A stretch of 61,471 nt of DNA, counting the filler. It is 12 parts of 12 records of this genome, joined end to end, with 100 filler letters (N's around TTAATTAATTAA, not from the genome) between each part and the next. Parts side by side here need not be neighbours in the genome. Positions count along the whole stretch, not along the records: positions 1 to 3,758 come from SRR15195285_4813; positions 3,859 to 7,280 come from SRR15195285_4817; positions 7,381 to 11,822 come from SRR15195285_4820; 9 more parts are not named here. The stretch is one strand, 5' to 3'. Within the stretch, counting starts at the first letter, position 1. Each line of letters opens with the position of its first letter. This document shows positions 1 through 10,119 of the stretch, one piece after another. The notes below the pieces were generated by a model. It saw only the letters and a list, made by a program, of their open reading frames with translations, did no database searches and had not been told where the DNA came from. The position numbers were made by a program, and so were the translations under genes.

Positions 1-99
1 TGCATTCGGTCAAGACTCATCTCCCATACTCGGATACCCAAACAAGCCTGTAGTGGAACTGAAAATGTGAAAAGAATCCATCGACACTAGAACACGGCG

Positions 100-1035
100 A
101 TGGCACAGCGCCCGAATGTCACTGCTGTGCTACTCTACCTCGTGGCGTGGCAGCTGCTGGCAGCGAGCGCTGGCGTGCCAAGTGGTGGGGTGGTGATCGA
201 GCCACACTTCCATGCGGAGCACAAGGAGCTGAAAGACGAGCATCAGGACCGGACGGACCGGACAGTTGATGTCTACTACCCGTCACCGATGCCAGAGGTG
301 GCAAATCGCAACTTCCCACTGATCTCGTTCGCCCACGGGTACTCTGGAGGAGGCCCGGTCGACAATATTGCCTATGGTGAACTGCTTCGCTCGCTCGCTG
401 GATTCGGATACGTAGTCGTCTCCCCACGTGCATGCGACTATGGCTGCGAGTGCAAGACACACTGCTCGCTGCCAGGCGATCCTGATGGTTTTCAGGTCTT
501 CTATCGGATGCAGCTGCGCGCCATCGAGTGGGCGCGGGGCATGGCTGGCCGCCCTGGCCCGTTCGCTGAGCTAGATCTGTCTCCTGGAGCTGGGGTAGCA
601 GGACATAGCATGGGTGGTCAGGCAACTGTGTTCTCGTCTTCACTGAACAACGCCACGGATTTCGGCATCCGCGCAGCGGTCATGCATCACGCGTACACGC
701 ACGTGTTTCCACCTTCCCAGGTGCCGTTTCTGGCATTCACTGGGACCAAGGACACCACCGCGCCACCAGCCATGGCCGAGAGTATCTACAAAGCACCAGG
801 GGCCAGCAGAATACGCGGACTTGTGAACCGGGTTGGAGCCACACACCACGAGCCAGATGTGACAGGCTACAATCCCCTGCTCCCTCAATTTACAGCCGCC
901 TGGTTCAAGCTTTACCTCGAGGGCAAGCGAGAGGAGTATGGAGTCGACTTTGAGGACTTGCTGTATGGGAACGGCACTCATACTCTCTGCGGTGGCGGTG
1001 GTGGGGCGATGGAAAACTGCACACTGCTGCGCTAG
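100..1035 (+). CDS. Secreted alpha/beta hydrolase, cutinase/PETase/chlorophyllase-like
   Basis: Signal peptide; oxyanion-loop HGYSG; nucleophile elbow GHSMGG; acid motif GTKDTTAP; His motif GATHHEP; C-terminal AWFKLYL helix; intronless. Confidence 0.85.
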   Translation: MAQRPNVTAVLLYLVAWQLLAASAGVPSGGVVIEPHFHAEHKELKDEHQDRTDRTVDVYYPSPMPEVANRNFPLISFAHGYSGGGPVDNIAYGELLRSLAGFGYVVVSPRACDYGCECKTHCSLPGDPDGFQVFYRMQLRAIEWARGMAGRPGPFAELDLSPGAGVAGHSMGGQATVFSSSLNNATDFGIRAAVMHHAYTHVFPPSQVPFLAFTGTKDTTAPPAMAESIYKAPGASRIRGLVNRVGATHHEPDVTGYNPLLPQFTAAWFKLYLEGKREEYGVDFEDLLYGNGTHTLCGGGGGAMENCTLLR

Positions 1036-1309
1036 ACTACTGCACAAAAGGGCGTAAAACATTTAATGACTACATGGCTAGCGCATGCATCAGTTTTACA
1101 CGTGGCCCCATCTTGATAATTATCTAGGATGGTGTAGTCTTCCAGGCCGACGTCCCAAGGGCTATAGGGCCTCTAGCCCAGTCGCAAGGGCCGAGGCAAA
1201 TACGCTTGCGCTTGCAGAGCTCTGGACATGAGAGAAGAAGGAGTGATATGTAATTGGTATCAGTTGTGCACAACGAGCAGGCACACGCCAAAGGCCCCCA
1301 GGTCGCACT

Positions 1310-3030
1310 CTACTTGTACGGGCGCTCCCTGGTCCCATCGCAGAATCGCTCCTCATCGCGTCGCTGCGCCTCCATTTTGCTAGCTTCGACTGCTACTATC
1401 CATGCTCCACAGACGGGCGAAGCCGCTCCTTCTTCACAGGACATAATTATTCATATGCGTTCGCAATCACAACCAGCCCTGCATGATAACACGCGAACAG
1501 CAAAATCCGATCATACTGGATGTATGTAATCCGATCACACTGAATGTACTACATGCACGCGCGACAAGACAACACAGGATACCAAAACGAAGGAGTGCAC
1601 GTGCGGCGCAGTCTCGGGCAGACACAACATGCCACTTACGAACAACGTATTGGCAACCTTTTTACCAACGTCAACGCACGTAGAGACAAATTTCTCCATC
1701 GGCTCGACCCTTGCGCTCATTTTATTGTAGCCGTCGATCACATTGTTCATTCCATTTCGCATGCCACTGGGTATCAGATCTGCGACTGAATCAGAGAGTT
1801 TGTTGTTAATGTGTTCCACAATTGGAATGTGCACGATCTTGTTGTTCAGCCACGTGCCCATCGGCGATTTGAAGGCCATTCTGCAGAACGAAAGACCTGC
1901 CCCACCAGTGAAGTACGCGCATGCGCCCTCCTCTAACTTTTCAAGTCCTTGTTTCTCAAGCTCCTCGATCTTAGAATGCAGCAGGTCGCGGGTCATGTCG
2001 CCCCTGGGCAGCGTCACGATGGCACGATGGCACAACTTATGATGGGGCGGTATCAAGGCGCCGGCTAACCAAGGCTACAGGACGGGCGCTCGGGCTTACA
2101 GTGCGACACCGATGGAGCCATCGCTGCGCAGGAGCTGGCCAGTGCTGTAATCACGCTGCGGAAAGACGAACTCGCGCGTTGCGTTGCTTCGCTTCGCCTC
2201 CTCGTGATATCCCGCTTTGTGAAGCAGCTCCACGTGCGCCTGAACCATCGCCTGGGAGAGCAGGTATTCTGCGATGTGCTCGTGAACCTCCTTGCGGACT
2301 TCTGCCGGCGTTGGATCCTGTTTGTAGGCAGTGTCGTAGTCGTTGCACGCGGCCTGATCAGGAACGACGAACGTCTCGCCGACGAAACTGGATGAGTATG
2401 TGCACTCCTTGTAGCAGCGCACGTCCTTGTCACTCACTCCGACCACGCACATGCTGTCCGATGTCCGGTGGACACCTGCTACCCACTGGCGGTCGCAGTC
2501 GTGAGCCGCGGGCGAGAACGCTCCGGTGACATCGCCGGGCAGGCAGTCGCCGTCATAGCCGGATGAGATGCAGTAGCCGCAGCCAGGAGTGGCGTAGCAG
2601 GTACTCTCTGAGAGGTGTGAGCAGGCACTCGGCGGGCCTGGAGGGCTCGGCGGTGGCGGTGTTGGCGGTGTTGGCGGCGGCGGGGGTGGCGATCCGCCGC
2701 AGCAATCGTCTGTGCAGCACAACGACATTGGGGCCGCCGCGCTTGTGGCACACCCGGAGCCGCAAGAACTGGAGTGGCGCGCCCCGTTGGTACAGTAGGA
2801 ATTCCTGCGAGTTGCGCACGGGGCACGCGCGACGGCACGTGAACGCCCGGCCGATGCATAGAATACGGCAGACAGGAGGGAGCATCTCCCGGGCTGCTTA
2901 GCTCGGCTGCTGCTGGGGCGGGGGCGCTCGCTCACCAGGCTGGCATGCCCATGATCTCACACGCGATGGCCGCCTGCATCAAGCCGCCACACAAGCCCGC
3001 GGCTACGAGCGCCATCGGCCGCGCCTTCAT
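1310..3030 (-). CDS. Secreted Cys-rich protein with poly-Pro linker and PSI-like module, multi-exon; 3' end uncertain
   Basis: ATG 3030 gives signal peptide MKARPMALVAAGLCGGLMQAAIA. Intron 2935-2805 joins to NSYCTNG. PPPPPPPTPPTPPPPSPPGP linker and CSHLSESTCYATPGCGYC follow. An intron from ~2099 to ~2005 joins to ORF 1535-2056. Last exons not resolved. Confidence 0.55.
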
Positions 3031-3655
3031 GATCGATCCCTCTGGCGCGGCTGATGATGCCTCTGTCACTGTGCTCTCCCAAGCGCACACCCGGTTGATC
3101 TACGAAGCGCTCGCCGTACTGTAGCCCCGCTGCCCGTTGGTCGTTGTCGTCCGTATCGCGCGCGTGCGTGTGCGTGGTCGGCGGCGCGACACACCGGCGC
3201 GGTCAGCGATCATCGCATGCAACATCAAACATCAACATCATGCATCCCCGCGATCCCGTCACGGGATCCCGTAGCGTGACGGCTGGGTCACATGTTTGTA
3301 AGATGTATCAATAGTGAAATTTCAATTTTTCATGACAGAATGCAGAAACAGGATTTCTCAGCGGACGACGGATGTTTGAGTACTCCGGTAAGCCCGGGAA
3401 TTCAATACAGTACTATTTTTTAAAAAATAGTACTACTAGTACTGCTACCTAGGTACAGCTGTACTGGTATACGGTAATATTGCGTTCCTGCCTCCTGCCG
3501 TTGGCGCGTTGGGATTGTTCCGTGCCCCGTGCAGCTCATCGTTGGTTCATGGTTGGGGTCCGCACCACACCACTGGTGCTGGGCCAGGCCCCTTCTGGTT
3601 AGGGCGCAGCGAGTTGCAGCCGGCCATTGGCTGTGCTGAGCCCCGCAGCCTTGCG

Positions 3656-3758
3656 ATGCCAACGGAGGAGCGAAGGGCGTCGAGGAGTCGGGTGGTGAGG
3701 CCTGCGACGCCGAAGAAGCGCTCCGCACCGCAACCGGAGCCGGAGCCGGAGCCGGAGC
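3656..3758 (+). CDS. Probable 5' fragment of a gene, cut at a PEPEPE repeat at the contig end
   Basis: MPTEERRASRSRVVRPATPKKRSAPQPEPEPEPE runs into the gap. Confidence 0.35.
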
Positions 3759-3858
3759 NNNNNNNNNNNNNNNNNNNNNNNNNNNNNNNNNNNNNNNNNN
3801 NNTTAATTAATTAANNNNNNNNNNNNNNNNNNNNNNNNNNNNNNNNNNNNNNNNNNNN
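3759..3858. other. Artificial contig linker
   Basis: N44-TTAATTAATTAA-N44 with stops in all six frames. Confidence 0.99.
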
Positions 3859-4138
3859 GTAGTGAGAGTAGTGTGTGGAGGACACTTTGTGCTTTTCGTT
3901 TTGATTAATAATTAAATGTATCACGGCGCTTCGGACATTTCGGGAAAGTGCTGCAAATACCGCCAAATCACGTTTGCCAGTACCGCTGTGGGCCTCCCGC
4001 GCGCCGCCGCGGCGCGCGCCCCGCCTCCCGACGGACCCGTCGACGGACCCGCGCGTGCGGTCGGTGCGGGCGTCAGTGGGGTGTTGTCGGTACCGTAGAA
4101 CGTGTGTACACGGTGTCCGATACGAGCGTGTACACGCG

Positions 4139-5753
4139 ATGCTGCCTCGGCGAGGCAATGCTGCTATGCTACACACTGCGAGGCGACGGCTGCTGCGCCC
4201 AGGCGATGTGCGTTCAGTCACCAGCACGCCGCCGCCGCCGCAGAAGAGAAAAGGGCCATCGCCTGAAGTGCAGGCAAAGCGCGAGGCGCTCCGGGCGCTG
4301 ATGCAGCGGATGAACTATCGTGTGCTCGAGCTCGGAAAAACCGAGGCCCGTCGGCGCGCTGCGCTGTTGCACCTGAACTATGCGGAAGGTGAAGACTCGC
4401 AGAGTGCTCTCGCAGCGGCGGCGGCTGACCCGGACTACGACCCGGAGCTGTGGAGTGTGCTGTGGCCATCGGCCATCGCCGCGTCCGAAGAGCTGGCACG
4501 CCAACCAGAGTTGGTGCAAGGTGGGCGCGTGGTCGAGCTAGGGAGCGGCTTGGGTCTGCCTGGGATCGTTGCCGGGCTGTGCGGGGCAGAGAGTGTGTTG
4601 CTTACTGACGTGGAGGAGACAGCACTGAAGCTTGGACTCACGTCTGCAAAGCTTAACGCGCTGCCGCTGCATCCAAGCAACGCAGGTAGAGTGAGTCTAA
4701 GCCGCTCTTTAGAGACATGCTGTTTTCTACGCTTTCGTCAAATCCATTCTCGTGAGTTTTGGATTCCGAATTGCTGACCAGCCAAGGTGTCCACAACCGT
4801 TTACAGTCCGCGAAACTGAATCCATTCCCAGCCGATAGGATGTTGTCATGGGCGGTGGGCGCTGGCACTGCCTTGGAAGAGGGTGATGGTTCCGGCTGGT
4901 CGGAAGTCGTCAGTGACCAGGACCGCGAGGAACAGGGGATTGGCATGGTTGGGTGCGCTTTTCCTTCTAAATGTTAACTTGCGCCCGTCGGACCAGTGCA
5001 AACCAAATGGCTGCGAATCACAGCTTCTGTCTGACGCGTGCACAACAACATGGTATTCCTCAGGGCTGCAAAGTTTTGCTGGGTGAACGATACGCTCCCG
5101 GCTGAACCACAAGATCCCCAGCCCGGCCTATTTAGAGGTTGCGCGGACGTTGTCATCGCCTGTGACGGTCAGCCATACACCTGGAGCTTTTCAAACAGAT
5201 TCTCGATATGTAGATGTACTGTTGCTGGTGATGCCAGCACACGCTCTAACGGTGTGCTGCTTAATGATGGCTTGCAGTCCTGTACTCGGATGAAGCAGTT
5301 GGGTGTCTTGCATCAGTTGTGCAGCAGCTACTGGTACCAGGCGGCGTATTTATCCTGGCAGACCCAGCTGGAGCCGTCGCAGGAGTAGAGGTTGTCCTCT
5401 TTGCCGTCTTTTCTTGCTCTGCTACCGCGCCGATGCCTCTAGTGCTTTGTTTTCAGTTTCCTTTCAGTCGTGTGCTGGTCTGGCATTTCGGCATCGTGCT
5501 CATCTTCCCTGGCTCTCACCACGTGGTCTCTTTGCTCCACTTTTTCTGTTCTGTTCTCCCAATCTCGTGTGAACGACTGCAGGAGCAGGTCCGAGGTAGG
5601 GCGATGGAGTTGATGAAGGTGCTGGCGACAGAGGGGGCTGCTTCAGGCCGGCCACTGTCACTAGCTTCTCTGCCGGTCAGCATGAGCGTGCCGATTGAAG
5701 ATAGCGAGCCGGCGGATGTCGATGTCATTGTCGCGCGCTTAGGTAAGCGTTAA
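4139..5753 (+). CDS. METTL21/Methyltransf_16-family protein (lysine) methyltransferase, 5 exons, possible mitochondrial presequence
   Basis: LWPSAIA, VVELGSGLGLPG, VLLTD, spliced DVVIACD|VLY. Introns approx 4691-4806, 4953-5063, 5168-5277, 5390-5582 keep frame. Confidence 0.85.
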
Positions 5754-6035
5754 TGTCATCTCGGTGGGTGGTGGGACGGACCCTGAGTCCTGTTGGCGTG
5801 CCATTTGCTCAGTGTACACTATTTCAAAGCTCCATTTGGCTTTGCATCGCTCCCAATTATGCGAAGTTAGCACTGTGTGTGGGCATCGTTACCACAATGG
5901 TTGTTCGATTGACTGATATCTGTAGTACATTCGCTCTGCTCTTAGCACTACTGGTTCTTTGATCGACCGACACGGCAACTTGCTGGGAGTTTGCAAACAG
6001 TACTGAACGGATCGTACGACTGGATACCGCAGCGA

Positions 6036-7059
6036 TCAAAGCCTGTGTTTTGCAGCAAGCAGTGGACGTGGCGGTGGGCCGTCGTAGAGCACCGGCTCGG
6101 CTGTCGCCATGTAACTTGCAACTCCAGGACGGGCCTCCATCGCTGATTGGAACGCCGCCAACCTCCCGGTAACCACCTTAAAGTCAAACATGAAGTCTAA
6201 GATATGCAGGACATTCAATACGGCGAACTCCGCGTCTGCACATTGCCGCACAAATCCACCGTGCAACGACACGCGATGCACGCGACTATATGGATCAGAT
6301 CATCTCTGTCTGGCGGTGGCGGATACGTATCTTGCTGCGGGTGCACTGCCAGCCGCAAGGCGTGGGTCTACTCACACGAAGGCTTGGCACCAAAAAAGAA
6401 AGACCCTCCACCAGCAAAGGTGTTGGTCTCGTCAAAGAACTGTTCAAGGTTCGAGATCCACTGTGGCAACCGCGTGCCAAGGAACTCCTCCTGCTGCTCC
6501 GGGCTCTGCTTCCTCGCCTCGTACGCCTCGCTCCCTGCCCCACCCACCCACCCACAGTCCAGCAGTCAGTGCACGCGACGCCTAGCAGCGAGGTGGCACG
6601 TAGCTGTGCCCTCACATATATCGGCCGCATTAAGGGCTAGTTGCAAGCAGTTGCCCTGAGTCTTCACGCCATCCGGGATGTAGTTGTGCGTCCGGCCTAA
6701 GTACTCCAAACAGGCAGTGGTTTGTGCCACCACGTACTCGCCATCTTGAAGGATCGGGACTGCCCACGGTGGCGGGCCAGTGCCAGGCCAGACCTTGTCC
6801 GAGTCGCGTTTCATCAGAAACATTTCATCGCGCGAGTACGTGAAGTCAATGGCGGCGCTGGACGGCCGCAGGCCGGCAGCGCTGAGGTCAGCGCAGGTGA
6901 GCAGGACAGCACGGCAGTGCTCGAGGTGCGCCGGTCACTATCGTTAAAGGGATACGACCACGCATGTGCAAGTTGTACTCACTCAGTCAACAGCAAAAGA
7001 ATCGGCTCAGCGCGCCCACTAAAGCCTGGATGGTAGTATACGGTGTAGGAGGGCGCCAT
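6036..7059 (-). CDS. Glutathione S-transferase, 4 exons
   Basis: MAPSYTVYYHPGFSGRAEPILLLL; AVPILQDGEYVVAQTTACLEYLG; C-terminal FFFGAKPS...ADAEF...EARPGVASY; intron 6982-6858 GTGAGT..CAG. Confidence 0.88.
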
Positions 7060-7280
7060 ATGTGTTCTGCGTCGGGGGGTCGGGGCGCGGACGCCCGCCG
7101 CGGACGGAGCTCGCGCGCGCGCGCGTGCGGCGGCGGCGGGACCGCAACCACAGCGATATAAGGCCCAACGTGATACAGCGGAAACCCGTGAGTGCTCTTT
7201 GTGTGTTGCCTCTTGGTAGGACAATCTCTAAATCACACTGTTTTGGTTGGAGGCCCCCGGTCAGCCCAAATCCCCCCGGT

Positions 7281-7380
7281 NNNNNNNNNNNNNNNNNNNN
7301 NNNNNNNNNNNNNNNNNNNNNNNNTTAATTAATTAANNNNNNNNNNNNNNNNNNNNNNNNNNNNNNNNNNNNNNNNNNNN
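7281..7380. other. Artificial contig linker
   Basis: N44-TTAATTAATTAA-N44. Confidence 0.99.
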
Positions 7381-7708
7381 TCAAAATACCGATATATCGG
7401 GGCTCGCACATGCAGATGAGAACGCCGGATGGTTTGCGCTGGGGCGTCGAGACCGGTGAGCTTGCTCACCTCCTCTCGAAAACCGATAGCCGCCCACGTA
7501 ACGGCTACATTACACCACCTCAAAGCCCTCGGCGCGAGCTACCCAGGTATGTTGCAAAGACGTGTTCGGAGGGGTCTCGGATACGGATGCGTACTCGTAG
7601 GTGAGACCTAGGGCTCGTGCCAATGGTTGTGAAATGAATCATTACCTTCAGGTGGATAATTGCCAATTGCATTGCCATTGCATTATCTGGCAACAAACCA
7701 ACTGCACC

Positions 7709-9300
7709 TCAAGGCTTCCGCCTTTGCAACAGCCAGTCTACCATCCTCGCAGTAAGCCGTGCCATACTATCTGCAGTAGGCGAATTGCACGCATTGTCCT
7801 CGATCTCCACGTCGGCGCACATTTCTGGCGAGTGGCCACCACCCTCGACTATCCAGAGCTCAGCAGATCCACCCGGACGGCAGTTGTCGTGCCATGAGTT
7901 GGTGGTATCGTCGCCCTGCGGTTGCACTAGATCCCAGGAGAGCTCAGGGCTGAGTGTGTTGCCAATGGGACTGACCGTCTCATCGCACCCGTTGAAAGCC
8001 GCAAAACGCCGCACAGAGCCAGGGGCGGAGGGGTACCTATGACCATTTAAGCTGCCGCCGTCATAGCTAATAGTCGCATCACTGGTGCCCTGGATCTGTA
8101 GCACGTGCACTGGCTCGGATGGCGCGCAGGAGTATGCTGCGTTGTGTGGTAGTGGCGTCGCTGCGTGATCGAAAGCGGCGCCCGCCAGTGATGCGATGCC
8201 AGCGATGAGATCCGCATGGTCACAAGCCATACGGTAGCTCATGAAACCGCCGTTGGAGTGACCGGTGACGTAGATACGATGTGGGTCGATAGGCCATCCA
8301 GCCTGAACTGTTTCAATCAGGGCGCGTATGAAGCCAGAATCATCTGCAGACGACGCGTAAAAATCGCAGCACGCATCAGTGGCGGCCCAGAAGGTCGTTC
8401 CACTGGGGTCAGTTGTTCCATCCGCGGCAGCAACGATGACGCCACGATCATCAGCAAGTTGCTCCATATGCCAAGCCCGCATTAGCGAGTGGTGGTTTGA
8501 GGTGTAGCCGTGCCTGCGTGCAAGCAGTACAAGTATAGTCACCTCTGTCAGCAACACCAAAAACGACCACTAGACCGGTAATGGGTGCTTACGTACAGCA
8601 CGACAAAAAGAGGCAGCTCCGCGTCCAGCTCTGCGTCCGGCGCGTACACACAGCTGGTCCGGCGCTCGTGTCCTTCGACCGTGAGGTCGGAACAGGTTCT
8701 TCGTGTGGGAGGAGGCGGAGGGCATGCTTCTGTGAGCGTGGTGCCGTCGCCGTCGCACTCGCAGATCACGTCGTCAGTGCTGCCACCGCCTCTCTTCTCC
8801 GTCTGCTCGCAGGTCCACGAGTCCTCGGCCATGCAATTATTCGCCTGTTCCTCCCAGGCGCCCACGCAACCGAGCCCAAATTCGCAGCAGTACTCAGCAC
8901 AGCTGCGGTCGTACATGCCAGAGGGCACGAATCGTCGGCAGATGTTCTCCCCACACACGTCCCCGTGCATCGCGCTACACCCGACGATCTCCCGAGGTGG
9001 ACAGGTGGTTCCGAACGCGCTCAGCACCAGCAAGATGTCAGCCACGTTCACCAACCCGTCGCCGTTCACATCTGCGTCTAGCGGCTGGGCGCCTGCACTC
9101 AGAGTCGAGGACCCGAACGCCCCCAGGACCAGCAGAAGATCCTCCACTTGCACCGCATGATCGCTGTTAAGATCAGCCCCAGCGCAGCCACCACCACCAC
9201 TGGTGACTGGTACAGGAGCCGGTGTAAGAGCGGGCAACTGCCCACAGCACCGTGGGCTGAAGATGAGCAGCCTCGCCACCAGCCTGAGGAGCGGCAGCAT
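7709..9300 (-). CDS. Secreted LpqC/PHB-depolymerase-family esterase with N-terminal dockerin-like repeat pair and Cys-rich region, 2 exons
   Basis: Signal peptide; ADLNSDHAVQVEDLLLVLGAFG and ADVNGDGLVNVADILLVLSAFG. Intron 8596-8514 restores VVL|HGYTS. GHSNGGFM, QGTSD, GGGHSP triad motifs. Confidence 0.85.
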
Positions 9301-9572
9301 GCGGCAGCGATGCACCACCATCGCCCTCGTACACGCACCGGTCCGCCGACTGCGCTTTCGTTTACATTACCCCATATCCCTTGTGGCTTATCCGGGCGAG
9401 ACTCTCAACTGTAGTCACTAGTCTGGAGACGCCTGCATTTTCATTCGACAGCTGTCGAGAGGGCAGATGGACACGCCACGGCAGACAGACCGAGACGGAC
9501 CGCGGCGCGCGCCGAGCCACGAGCGCGAGCGAGCCCGGCGCGCGCGCGCGCGCCACACACACCTACACTGAT

Positions 9573-9704
9573 GGAGAATAAAATGCATGTGTGTTTGTAC
9601 TATGGTAAGGTCCATGCTGTGAAAATCGAGCGATGTGCATCAACAGCGCGCGCGCGCGGGGCATTCACTGAGGCGGCACACGATGGTCCGGCGCGCTCAG
9701 AAAT
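9573..9704. repeat. Dispersed element, copy 1 (homologous to 32858-32969)
   Basis: Shared collinear blocks GAGAATAAA(A)TG.ATGTGTGTTTG, GGTAAGGTCC, GAGGCGGCACACGATGGTCCG, GCTCAGAAA. Confidence 0.8.
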
Positions 9705-10119
9705 CCTCTATTATCAATACCATACAATGAAGGACTCGCGTCCACTGGCCACTACTACCGGTAGAGGGGGGGTCAGCTAGAATTCCCAGGATCTATCGTA
9801 AAACTGAAGAAAACATATCTAACAATTCATTAGTTCTCACCATCCCTATCACTATCCTCGTCGCTATCGCCATGCTCATTATACCAATCTTGATATTTTC
9901 TTCCTATCATCTAGGACGTTTTGATAGCCTGGGGAACAGGTAGAACAACTGTGGCCCGCCGGCCACGCCGCCGCTCATTGGCACCATGGCACCTTTGACA
10001 TCTGGAGCTTTCGTGGGCGCGTAGACTCAGCAAGCTGAGCTCACGCCGCAGTCCCTGCGGCACTTCTATAGACCTACACCTTTCCACCCTACGAACATCT
10101 TCATGTGGCGTTTCAAGCA

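Noticed and set aside
100-1035. Bacterial contamination suggested by intronless, bacterial-like genes
   Set aside because: The neighbouring gene on the same contig, and the other bacterial-like enzymes, carry spliceosomal introns
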